From assembly GCA_051252135.1 (NCBI GenBank), contig JBPOGH010000014.1, positions 61,835 through 125,834 on the forward strand: 64,000 bases of DNA. The letters run 5' to 3'. Origin of the DNA: Verrucomicrobiaceae bacterium (GTDB lineage: Bacteria; Verrucomicrobiota; Verrucomicrobiia; Verrucomicrobiales; Akkermansiaceae). Both the position numbers and the translations under genes were made by a program. This document shows, one piece after another, positions 31,389 through 40,053 of this stretch (position 1 is the first letter of the stretch; every line of letters starts with the position of its first letter). The notes beneath the pieces were generated by a model that worked only from the letters and a program-made list of their open reading frames with translations, was not told where the DNA came from and did not search any database.

Positions 31389-33968
31389 ATGAAAAAATGG
31401 CTCCGTCTCTCGTTGATTAGTGTCATTTGCACTCCTCTGGTCTCCCCCGGACAGGACTACACCATCGCCTGGGAACAGGCGACCCCCGGAACTTCTGCCT
31501 TCGATGTCTCCCTTGGAGATATCGACAACGACAACGATCAGGATGCCGTGATTTGCCATCTCACCGGAGGAAGCGTCCTTCTCACTAACAACGGAAATGG
31601 CATCTTCACCCTCGTCTCCGACGCTAACCTCCCCTCTGCCGGAGCCGTGGAATTCGGCGACCTCAACGGAGACAACCATCCCGACCTCTTCTTCGCCGTC
31701 CATCTGGGATCCTGCAAGGTCTGGCTCAACGATGGCTCCGGAAACTTCACCGACAGCGGCCAATCCATCGGCGCAAACGAATCAAGAAGAAGCCTCGAAC
31801 TTGTCGATATCGATAACGACAACGACCTCGATGCCGTCGTGCCAACCAACTCCTCATCGGGAACCAATAAAATCTGGCTCAACGACGGAAACGGAGTGTT
31901 CACCGACAGCGGGCAGGATCTGGGCTCCAACTTTGCCCAGGGAGTTGCCGTCGGTGATGTCGATGCAGATGACGATCCGGATATCATTCTCTGCATCAAC
32001 GGTCGCAATAAAATTTGGCTCAACAACGGTAGCGGATCGTTCACCGAAAGTGGAGTAACCTTTAGCGTCTCTACCACCTTTGATGCCGCCCTCGCCGACC
32101 TCGATGGTGATGACGATCTCGATCTCTACTTCGCCAACGGCAACAACAGCGACTCGCTTCGCCCGAACGAAGTTTGGCTCAACGACGGCAGCGGTGGATT
32201 CACCGACTCCGGACAAGACCTCGGCCTCGAATACTCGTTCTCCGTGCACCTCCATGATTTCGATGGCGATGGCGACCTTGACGCTCTGGAAGGAAATCAC
32301 AGCGGACAGATCAACCACATCCGCTACAATGATGGCGACGGTAACTTCTCCGACAGCGGCCTTCAAATGAGCCGCGACTCCGTCTCTGGAATCGCCTCCG
32401 CCGACCTGGACGGCGACAATGACCTCGACTTCTTCCTCGCCGTCAACGGAGGCCCCTCAACGGTCTGGCTTTCCGTTCCCGCCCCCACCCTCATCTCCGA
32501 CACCCTCCAGCGTCTGGGTGGTTCGAGGGCAGATGCCGTGGCGCACGGCGATCTCGACGGTGATGGCGATCTCGATGCCGCCGTCGGCAACACGGGCGGA
32601 CTCGTTCGCATCCTGATCAATGATGGAACCGGACAACTCAGTCAACCCGGCGATCCCCTCCCCAACGGCTTTGGAAACAACAACGGCGATCTCGCATTGG
32701 GAGACTTTGATGGAGACAACGACCTCGATCTCATCGTCGTCAACAATGAGCAAGGCAGCACAGCGGATCAACAGAATCGAATTTGGATCAACGACGGATC
32801 CGGGAACTTCAGCCTCGGAACCACTTTCCCCGATCAATTGCCCAGCAATGCCGTCGCCGTCGCAGACCTCGATGGCGATGACGACCTCGACTTCATTGTC
32901 GGAAACGCCATGTACTCCTTCTACACCGGCCAGAATCAAATCTTCATCAATAATGGCGGCGGCTCCTTCACCGCGACCGATGGGCTGGGGCAAGACCACG
33001 CCCAGGATATCATCCTGGCTCATTTCAATAACGACACCCATCTCGACGCGTTCATCGTGAGCTTCAACGGCGCGAACAAGGTCTGGCTTGGCAACGGCGA
33101 TGCCACCTTCACCGATACCGGTCAATCACTCGCAAGCCGAAAGACGACCTCGGTAGCGACCGCTGATTTCGATGCCGATGGCGACCTTGATGTCGTATGC
33201 GGGAATGACCGGCAAAGTAACATCATCTGGCTCAATGATGGATCAGGAAACTTCACCGAAAGCGGAGCATCACTCGGTTCCGGATCAACCCGATCCGTCG
33301 CCGTCGTTGATCGCAATGGCGACAACCACCCTGACATCTGGATCGGAAACGGAGTCAACGGACCGGAAGCCGACTTCATCTACCAAAACGATGGCGCAGG
33401 GAATTTCACCCTCGCCCAAACAATCGACTCCCGCACAACTCCCGACCTCACAGTCGCTGACTTCACCGGAGACGGCATGGACAACGTTCTCACTGTCAGC
33501 GCCGAAGGCGATCACGCCCTCTGGACCCTTCCCCAGCCCACCGTAGATCCCGCAGCATACGCAGCCTCATTCGGTCTCAACGGCCCCGATACGGCACCCG
33601 AGGCCGATCCCGATGGAGACGGACTTCCAAACTTCCTCGAAATGGCCTTCAACCTCAACCCCACCGTGGCAGACGCCGACATCGAATCATCTTCCGCCAC
33701 CTCCATCAGTGGCGTCCCCGCCCTGAGAGTCGCCCTCAATGGCCCCAATAAATTCATCAATGCCCTCGTCATTCGCCGCCTCAATACGCCCAACCTCAAC
33801 TACACCCTCAACGTCTCGTCAAATCTCCTCAATTTCTCAGCCGCCCCGGGAGTCATCGTCATGACCCAGCCCATCGATACCAATTATGAACGGGCCACCT
33901 ATCGTTTCACCGTCCCCGCCGGTAGCCCCGCATACTATGGTCGCTTCGAGGTTTCCTACACCCCATAA
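31389..33968 (+). CDS. Secreted FG-GAP/VCBS-repeat protein (probably two beta-propellers)
   Basis: ATG at 31389; more than a dozen 'GDLDGDGDLD..WLNDGSGNFTDSGQ' repeats; C-terminal 'DPDGDGLPNFLEMAF' and 'SSNLLNF..YGRFEV'. Confidence 0.88.
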   Translation: MKKWLRLSLISVICTPLVSPGQDYTIAWEQATPGTSAFDVSLGDIDNDNDQDAVICHLTGGSVLLTNNGNGIFTLVSDANLPSAGAVEFGDLNGDNHPDLFFAVHLGSCKVWLNDGSGNFTDSGQSIGANESRRSLELVDIDNDNDLDAVVPTNSSSGTNKIWLNDGNGVFTDSGQDLGSNFAQGVAVGDVDADDDPDIILCINGRNKIWLNNGSGSFTESGVTFSVSTTFDAALADLDGDDDLDLYFANGNNSDSLRPNEVWLNDGSGGFTDSGQDLGLEYSFSVHLHDFDGDGDLDALEGNHSGQINHIRYNDGDGNFSDSGLQMSRDSVSGIASADLDGDNDLDFFLAVNGGPSTVWLSVPAPTLISDTLQRLGGSRADAVAHGDLDGDGDLDAAVGNTGGLVRILINDGTGQLSQPGDPLPNGFGNNNGDLALGDFDGDNDLDLIVVNNEQGSTADQQNRIWINDGSGNFSLGTTFPDQLPSNAVAVADLDGDDDLDFIVGNAMYSFYTGQNQIFINNGGGSFTATDGLGQDHAQDIILAHFNNDTHLDAFIVSFNGANKVWLGNGDATFTDTGQSLASRKTTSVATADFDADGDLDVVCGNDRQSNIIWLNDGSGNFTESGASLGSGSTRSVAVVDRNGDNHPDIWIGNGVNGPEADFIYQNDGAGNFTLAQTIDSRTTPDLTVADFTGDGMDNVLTVSAEGDHALWTLPQPTVDPAAYAASFGLNGPDTAPEADPDGDGLPNFLEMAFNLNPTVADADIESSSATSISGVPALRVALNGPNKFINALVIRRLNTPNLNYTLNVSSNLLNFSAAPGVIVMTQPIDTNYERATYRFTVPAGSPAYYGRFEVSYTP

Positions 33969-34023
33969 CCCCACCTCAATCTGAAAGGCATCATTCCTTT
34001 TGGAAGTATGGCTAACTCTGATC

Positions 34024-34836
34024 ATGACCCTTCGCTTTCTTTTCCTGCTCCTTCTTCTCCCCGCCTCCGCCAAGGAATTCGATCTCTACCTCCTCGCCGG
34101 GCAATCGAACATGGATGGCCGCGGCCAAGCCTCCGATCTCACCGCAGAACAACGCGCCCCGTCCTCTCACGCCATCATCTACTACCGCAACCCACCCCAC
34201 TCCACCGATGGCTGGAAACCCCTCGCCCCCGGCTACAGCATCGCTCCAAAATACAAAGGCAAACTCCCCTCACCCACCTTCGGTCCCGAACTCGGATTCA
34301 TCACCCACCTCTCCAAGGCCCAACCCGAAAAACACTTCGCCCTCATCAAGGGCTCAAAAGGCGGCACCAGCCTCCGCGCCGACTGGAAACCCGGCCTCAA
34401 TGGAAAACCCGACACCCAGGGCCCCTGCTACCGTAACTTCATCGAGACCATCACCCTCGCCAAAGCCGCCCTCAAAAAAGACGGCCACACCGCCACCCTC
34501 CGCGGCCTCATCTGGCACCAGGGCGAATCAGACTCCAAAGCCACCGCCGAACGCCATCAGGGAAGACTCACCCAATTCATCGCCCGCATCCGCGAAGACC
34601 TCGGCGAACCAAACCTCCCCATCGTCCTCGGACAAGTCGTCGACAACGACAAACGCGACAACGTCCGCGCCGCCATATTCAAAACCAGCCAGTCCATCCC
34701 CCACTGCGGCCTCGCCTCCGCCAAAGACCTCACCACCTGGGACCCCGGCACCCACTTCGACGCCAAAAGCCAGCTCCTCCTCGGCCAACGCTTCGCCGAA
34801 GCCATGCTCAAGCTCACCATCGCCACAAAGGACTAA
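34024..34836 (+). CDS. SASA/CE6-like carbohydrate acetylesterase (SGNH)
   Basis: 'LLAGQSNMDG', 'FGPELGF', 'WHQGESD', 'DPGTHF'. Confidence 0.88.
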   Translation: MTLRFLFLLLLLPASAKEFDLYLLAGQSNMDGRGQASDLTAEQRAPSSHAIIYYRNPPHSTDGWKPLAPGYSIAPKYKGKLPSPTFGPELGFITHLSKAQPEKHFALIKGSKGGTSLRADWKPGLNGKPDTQGPCYRNFIETITLAKAALKKDGHTATLRGLIWHQGESDSKATAERHQGRLTQFIARIREDLGEPNLPIVLGQVVDNDKRDNVRAAIFKTSQSIPHCGLASAKDLTTWDPGTHFDAKSQLLLGQRFAEAMLKLTIATKD

Positions 34837-34904
34837 AGCCCACCTCCCGCCCACCTCCCACTTTTCATTGGCTACCTCCCCACCCATATGCTTCCTTTCC
34901 CATC

Positions 34905-35780
34905 ATGAATCGCCGCTCCTTCCTCCGCACCTCCGCTGCCACCTCCCTCTTCGCCGGCTCCGCCCACACCCTCAGCGCCCTCGCGGCCGATGACACCTAC
35001 CGCGCCAACATCGGACTCCAGCTTTACACCCTACGCAACGAACTCAAGGCCGACACCTCCGGCACCATCAAGGCCCTCGTCGACGCAGGATACAAACAAG
35101 GTGAGATGTATGGCTTCCCCGACTGCCAGGACATGATCAACGCCTCCCGCGATCACGGCCTCGCCATGAACTCCTCCCACTTCAATTGGGACACCGCCAT
35201 CGACCCCTCGGACGAAGGCTTCTCCGACTTCAAAAAAATCGTCGAGAAGGCCAACGAAATTAAGCTCACCCACCTCGTCGTCCCTTACCTTCAAGATAAG
35301 CACCGTGAGAATCTCGACGGCTACAAGCGCGTCGCCGGCAACCTCAATAAAGCCGCCGCCATCGCCAAGGACGCCGGCCTCCAGCTCGCCTACCACAACC
35401 ACGCCTTCGAGTTCAAACCCATGGAAGGCTCAACCGGCTACGATGTCTTCATCAAGGAGTTCGCTCCCGAGATGAAATTCGAGATCGACGTCTTCTGGGT
35501 CCAGGCCGGTGGAGTCGACCCCGTCACCCTCATCAAGAAGCTCAACGGCCGCGTCTCCCAACTCCACCTCAAGGACCTTAAAAAAGGACTCACCCTCCCC
35601 ATCTTCGACGGCATGCCCAAGGAAGCCTTCAAGGAACTCGGAAACGGCATGATCCCCATGGAACCCATCATCGAAGCAGGCCGCGCCGCCGGCGTCGTCC
35701 ACTGCCACGTCGAGCAAGACCAGTCCCCCAACCCGCTCGCCAGCATCAAGGAAAGCATCGTTTACCTCAAAGGCCTGTAG
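34905..35780 (+). CDS. Tat-exported xylose-isomerase-like TIM barrel (sugar phosphate isomerase/epimerase family)
   Basis: 'RRSFLR'; 'GLQLYTLR', 'YHNHAFEF', 'EIDVFW', 'LHLKD', 'VEQD'. Confidence 0.9.
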   Translation: MNRRSFLRTSAATSLFAGSAHTLSALAADDTYRANIGLQLYTLRNELKADTSGTIKALVDAGYKQGEMYGFPDCQDMINASRDHGLAMNSSHFNWDTAIDPSDEGFSDFKKIVEKANEIKLTHLVVPYLQDKHRENLDGYKRVAGNLNKAAAIAKDAGLQLAYHNHAFEFKPMEGSTGYDVFIKEFAPEMKFEIDVFWVQAGGVDPVTLIKKLNGRVSQLHLKDLKKGLTLPIFDGMPKEAFKELGNGMIPMEPIIEAGRAAGVVHCHVEQDQSPNPLASIKESIVYLKGL

Positions 35781-35951
35781 GTCCGTTAAAAAAATCTCCG
35801 GGCGGGGACACACAACCCCCAATCCCCGGTCAATTGGGCGAAATAGGAAACCTTCTCTCATCACCCCTCAGGGTCCCCTCACCACCGGGGACTCTCCATT
35901 CGCCCCCTTTTTCCTCGCCCCCTCATCCCCATTCCTTAATCTCGTCTCCCT

Positions 35952-36530
35952 ATGGATCGACGCGAATTAATGAAAATGATCGCCACCACCGTCGGTGGCA
36001 CCATGGCTCTCCCCCCAAGTGTCTTCGCCCGCATGGGCGAAGCCCTCGACCCAAGCGACCTCACCTTCTTCCGGCCCGCCCAACGTGCCCAGGTCGCCAT
36101 GATCGCCGAAGCCATCATCCCAAAGACCGACACCCCCGGTGCCATCGAAGCTAAAGTCCCCGAGTGGATCGAGGTCATCGTCAAGGACTGCTACGAGCCC
36201 GCAGCCCGGCAGATCATCACCGATGGCCTCTCCGACCTCACCCTTCGCTGCCAGCAGCAAAAAGGCACCAGCATCGATAAGCTCGCGCCCGCAGACCAGG
36301 TCGCCTTCCTCACCAAATACCAGCAGGACACCCGGACCGAACGCAAAAAAGCCATGCAGAAACACGGCTGGCAGCCCCCCGTCTTCATCGACCAGTTCAA
36401 AGACCTCGTCAAACTCTGCTACTGCAGCTCGGAGGTCGGTGCCACCCAAGCCTTCGAATACCAGCTCGTCCCCGGAAAATGGGTCGCCTCCATGCCCCTC
36501 GAACCCGGCCAAAAAGCCTGGGCCATGTAA
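35952..36530 (+). CDS. Gluconate 2-dehydrogenase subunit-3 family protein (Tat carrier subunit of a GMC dehydrogenase)
   Basis: 'MDRRELMK'; 'IIPKTDTPGA', 'YCSSEVGA..VPG'. Confidence 0.85.
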   Translation: MDRRELMKMIATTVGGTMALPPSVFARMGEALDPSDLTFFRPAQRAQVAMIAEAIIPKTDTPGAIEAKVPEWIEVIVKDCYEPAARQIITDGLSDLTLRCQQQKGTSIDKLAPADQVAFLTKYQQDTRTERKKAMQKHGWQPPVFIDQFKDLVKLCYCSSEVGATQAFEYQLVPGKWVASMPLEPGQKAWAM

Positions 36531-36549
36531 CCCCTCACACCTTTAAAAA

Positions 36550-38259
36550 ATGAATCTCTCTATCAAAGGCAAAGCCGAACACACCTTCGATGCCATCGTC
36601 GTCGGCTCCGGCATCTCCGGTGGCTGGGCCGCCAAAGAACTCACCGAAAAGGGCCTCAAAACCCTCGTCCTCGAGCGCGGTCACGACGTCAAACACATCG
36701 TCGACTACCGGACCACCAACTCCGCCCCCTGGCAGCTCAACCACCTCAACCAACCCTCGCTCGAAATGCTCGAGCAACAACCCAAGCAAGCCCGCACCGG
36801 ATACACCGTCCGGCCCGATGCCGGCTACCTCTTCGTCGATGACAAGGATCATCCCTATGAAGAAAAAAAACGCTTCGACTGGATGCGCGGTTACCACACC
36901 GGCGGCCGCTCCCTCATGTGGGGCAAGCAATCCTACCGCCTCTCCCCCATGGACATGGAGGCCAACGCCAAGGACGGCATCGCCATCCCCTGGCCCATCT
37001 CCTACAACGAGCTCGCCCCCTGGTATTCCTACGTCGAAAAATTCGCCGGCATCTCCGGCTCCAAAGAAGGCCTCCCCCAGCTCCCCGATGGCGAATTCCA
37101 ACCCCCCATGGACCTCACCCCGCCCGAGCTCGACCTCAAGGCCGCCATCCAGGGAAAATGGAAAGGCCGCACCCTCATCCCCGGCCGCGTCGCCCACCTC
37201 ACCCAACCCACTCCGGAGCAACTCGCCCTCGGTCGCGGCACCTGCATGTATCGAAATCTCTGCCGCCGTGGCTGCCCCTTCGGTGCCTACTTCTCCAGCC
37301 AGGCCGCCACTCTCGCCGCCGCAGGCAAGACCGGTAATATGACCCTCCGCCCCCACTCCATCGTCCACTCCGTCCTCTACGATGACAAAAAGGAAAAGGC
37401 CATCGGCGTCCGGCTCATCGATGAAGTCACCATGGAAACCATGGACTACTTCGCCCGCGTCATCTTCCTCAACGCCTCCACCGTCGCCTCCACCGCCATC
37501 CTCATGAACTCCACCTCCGACCGCTTCCCCAACGGCATGGACGAGAGCGGTTCCCTCGGCGGAAACCTCATGGACCACCACCTCAAGGTCGGAGCCAGCG
37601 CCGTCCTCGACACCCACCAGGACAAGATCCACTACGGTCGTCGCCCCAACGGCTTCTACATCCCCCGCTACCGCAACCTCCACGAAAAAGGCAACGGCAA
37701 CTACATCCGTGGCTTCGGCTACCAGGGCGGAGGCATGCGCGCCGGATGGTCCCGCGGCATCGATGGCTTCGGCGCCGACTTCAAAAAGGAACTCACCTCC
37801 TTCGGCCCATGGCGCATCAGCATGACCGGCTTCGGAGAATGCCTTCCCTACGACAACAACCGCATCTCACTCAGCAAGGACAAGACCGACAAATGGGGCC
37901 TCCCCCTCGTCGTCGCCGATGCCGAATACCAGGAGAACGAGAAAAACATGCGCGCCGACATGAAGAACGACGCCGTCGAAATGCTCGAAGCCATGGGCGC
38001 GCAAAACATCCGCGCCAACGACTCCGAATGCCCCATCGGCCTCGGCATCCACGAAATGGGAACCGCCCGCATGGGTTCCTCCCCCAAGGAATCCGTCCTC
38101 AACCAACACAACCAGGTCTGGGGTGCCAAAAACGTCTTCTGCACCGACGGCTCCGCCATGGTCTCCGCCGGCTGCACCAACCCCTCCCTCACCTACATGG
38201 CCCTCACCGCCCGCGCCGCGGATTACGCCGTCAGCGAAATGAAAAAAGGGAACCTCTAA
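36550..38259 (+). CDS. GMC-family FAD oxidoreductase (glycoside 3-dehydrogenase-like)
   Basis: 'DAIVVGSGISGGWAAKELTEKG', 'GGRSLMWG', Cys cluster 'CMYRNLCRRGCPFG', 'NLMDH', 'IHEMGTARMG', 'NPSLTYMALTARA'. Confidence 0.93.
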   Translation: MNLSIKGKAEHTFDAIVVGSGISGGWAAKELTEKGLKTLVLERGHDVKHIVDYRTTNSAPWQLNHLNQPSLEMLEQQPKQARTGYTVRPDAGYLFVDDKDHPYEEKKRFDWMRGYHTGGRSLMWGKQSYRLSPMDMEANAKDGIAIPWPISYNELAPWYSYVEKFAGISGSKEGLPQLPDGEFQPPMDLTPPELDLKAAIQGKWKGRTLIPGRVAHLTQPTPEQLALGRGTCMYRNLCRRGCPFGAYFSSQAATLAAAGKTGNMTLRPHSIVHSVLYDDKKEKAIGVRLIDEVTMETMDYFARVIFLNASTVASTAILMNSTSDRFPNGMDESGSLGGNLMDHHLKVGASAVLDTHQDKIHYGRRPNGFYIPRYRNLHEKGNGNYIRGFGYQGGGMRAGWSRGIDGFGADFKKELTSFGPWRISMTGFGECLPYDNNRISLSKDKTDKWGLPLVVADAEYQENEKNMRADMKNDAVEMLEAMGAQNIRANDSECPIGLGIHEMGTARMGSSPKESVLNQHNQVWGAKNVFCTDGSAMVSAGCTNPSLTYMALTARAADYAVSEMKKGNL

Positions 38260-38280
38260 ACAACCCCATCAACTCAACCC

Positions 38281-38316
38281 AAGCCGCCGCGCGCTCCCCA
38301 AAGAGCCCGGCGGCTT
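38281..38316 (+). terminator. Putative terminator hairpin after the GMC operon
   Basis: aagccgccg...cggcggctt inverted repeat; weak T-tract. Confidence 0.55.
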
Positions 38317-38439
38317 CTTCATCTCCCCAAGTCCCGGTCTCCCCTCTCAAATTTCGTGCTCATATCTCAAATCTCAAATCTCCTCCCCCATCTCACCTTG
38401 CACACCCCCTCCCCTCCAACACATTCCCCTCCCATCCAC

Positions 38440-39975
38440 ATGAAACCCTCCCTCTCTCTCAGCCTCGTATTTCTCATTTCAAACCTAGGATTCGCCGCCC
38501 CTGCGGGCGAGCCCTCGAGTGCAAGCTCTAACACCCCCAACATCGTCCTCATCATGGCCGATGACATCGGACTCGGCGACATCTCCCACCACGTCCGCAC
38601 CCAGCAAAAAAAAGACCCCGTCATCGAAACCCCAAACATCGACGCCCTCGCCCGCCAAAGCCTCTGGTTCACCGACGGCCACTCCGCCACCGCCCTCTGC
38701 TCACCCACCCGCTACTGCGTCATGAGCGGGAATAACAACTACCGCTCCTACGCCCCCTGGGGAGTCTGGGGAACCTTCCGCGAATCCCCTTTTAAAAAGG
38801 GCGAAGCAACCATCGGCACCGTCACCCGGGATGCCGGATACCACACCGGCTTCGTCGGAAAATGGCACCTCGGCGGCGACTTTAAAAAAGCCAACTCCAA
38901 CGAAATCTTCCGCTCCCAGGAACGCGGCAACATCCTCCCCCAAGTCGACCTCACCAAAATGATCGGCGGCGGCCCGCGCGACTGCGGCTTCCACTACGAC
39001 TTCACCCTCCCCTGCGGCGTCCAGGGCCCCGTCTACACCGCCTACGAAAACCAAGAATGGTATCCCCTCCACCAAGACTCAAAAATCATCTTCTTTAACA
39101 AAGACACCGCCCCCCATCCCAAAGACGTCACCTCCAAAGGCCCCGGCCCCGGCGACTCCCATTGGGACGCTCGCAAGCTTGGAAAAATCGTTTCCCAAAA
39201 AGGCGCCGACTTCATCACCTCCGCCCCCGCCGACAAACCCTTCTTCCTCTACTACTGCACCCACGCCGTCCACGTCCCCCACTGCCCGCCCGATGAATTC
39301 GATGGCCAAAAGATCAAAGGCTCCACCCCCTCGAAGCACCTCGACATGATCGTCGAGCTCGACCTCCAGGTGAAGCGCCTCGTCGATGCCCTCAAGGCCA
39401 AAGGCGTCTACCACAACACCCTCATCATCTTCACCTCCGATAACGGAGGCCTCATGGTCGACAAAGCCACCGCCGCCTCCGGACACCACGTCGCCGGCGG
39501 CTTCAACGGCTCCAAAAACTCCCCCCTCGAAGGCGGCCACCGCGTCCCCCTCTTCTTCCATTGGAAAGACCACATCAAACCCGGCACCACTGACGAGCCC
39601 GCCATCAACCAGGACATGCTCGCCACCTTCGCCGCCCTCCTCGGCACCAAAATCCCCGCCGACCAAGCCCAGGACTCCCTCAACCTCCTCCCCCTCCTCA
39701 CCGGAAAAGGCCACTTCAAACAGCGCCCCTGGATCGTCCAACAAGCCGGCGCCAAAAAAGAAACCTTCTACCGCAACGCCCCCTGGAAACTCATCATCCA
39801 GTCCAATCACGCCCTCGACTCCTTCGTCCCCAAAGCCCTCTTCAACCTCGAAAAGGACCCTGCCGAAAAAAACAACCTCCTCAAAAAACCCGCCCATAAA
39901 TCCCGCGTCGACCAAATGCTCAAAGAGTATCTCGTAATCCTAAACTCCCGCCAACGCACCGCCCCCCGGAAATAA
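38440..39975 (+). CDS. S1 arylsulfatase-like protein
   Basis: Probable ATG at 38440; '[12 protein letters not shown]', CSPTR, 'VGKWHLG', 'TSDNGG', 'EGGHRVP'. Confidence 0.92.
   Translation: MKPSLSLSLVFLISNLGFAAPAGEPSSASSNTPNIVLIMADDIGLGDISHHVRTQQKKDPVIETPNIDALARQSLWFTDGHSATALCSPTRYCVMSGNNNYRSYAPWGVWGTFRESPFKKGEATIGTVTRDAGYHTGFVGKWHLGGDFKKANSNEIFRSQERGNILPQVDLTKMIGGGPRDCGFHYDFTLPCGVQGPVYTAYENQEWYPLHQDSKIIFFNKDTAPHPKDVTSKGPGPGDSHWDARKLGKIVSQKGADFITSAPADKPFFLYYCTHAVHVPHCPPDEFDGQKIKGSTPSKHLDMIVELDLQVKRLVDALKAKGVYHNTLIIFTSDNGGLMVDKATAASGHHVAGGFNGSKNSPLEGGHRVPLFFHWKDHIKPGTTDEPAINQDMLATFAALLGTKIPADQAQDSLNLLPLLTGKGHFKQRPWIVQQAGAKKETFYRNAPWKLIIQSNHALDSFVPKALFNLEKDPAEKNNLLKKPAHKSRVDQMLKEYLVILNSRQRTAPRK
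38498..38527 (+). repeat. Single copy of the 30-bp coding repeat
   Basis: cccctgcgggcgagccctcgagtgcaagct, 29/30 identical to 29964..29993. Confidence 0.92.
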
Positions 39976-39978
39976 AAA

Positions 39979-40006
39979 GCCGGAAGCCATCTCCATGACT
40001 TCCGGC
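39979..40006. terminator. Hairpin between convergent genes
   Basis: gccggaag...cttccggc flanked by A-tracts. Confidence 0.6.
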
Positions 40007-40053
40007 GAAAATAATCCGGTGGCTGACAAAGCACCCACCGTGGCTTGCATGCC

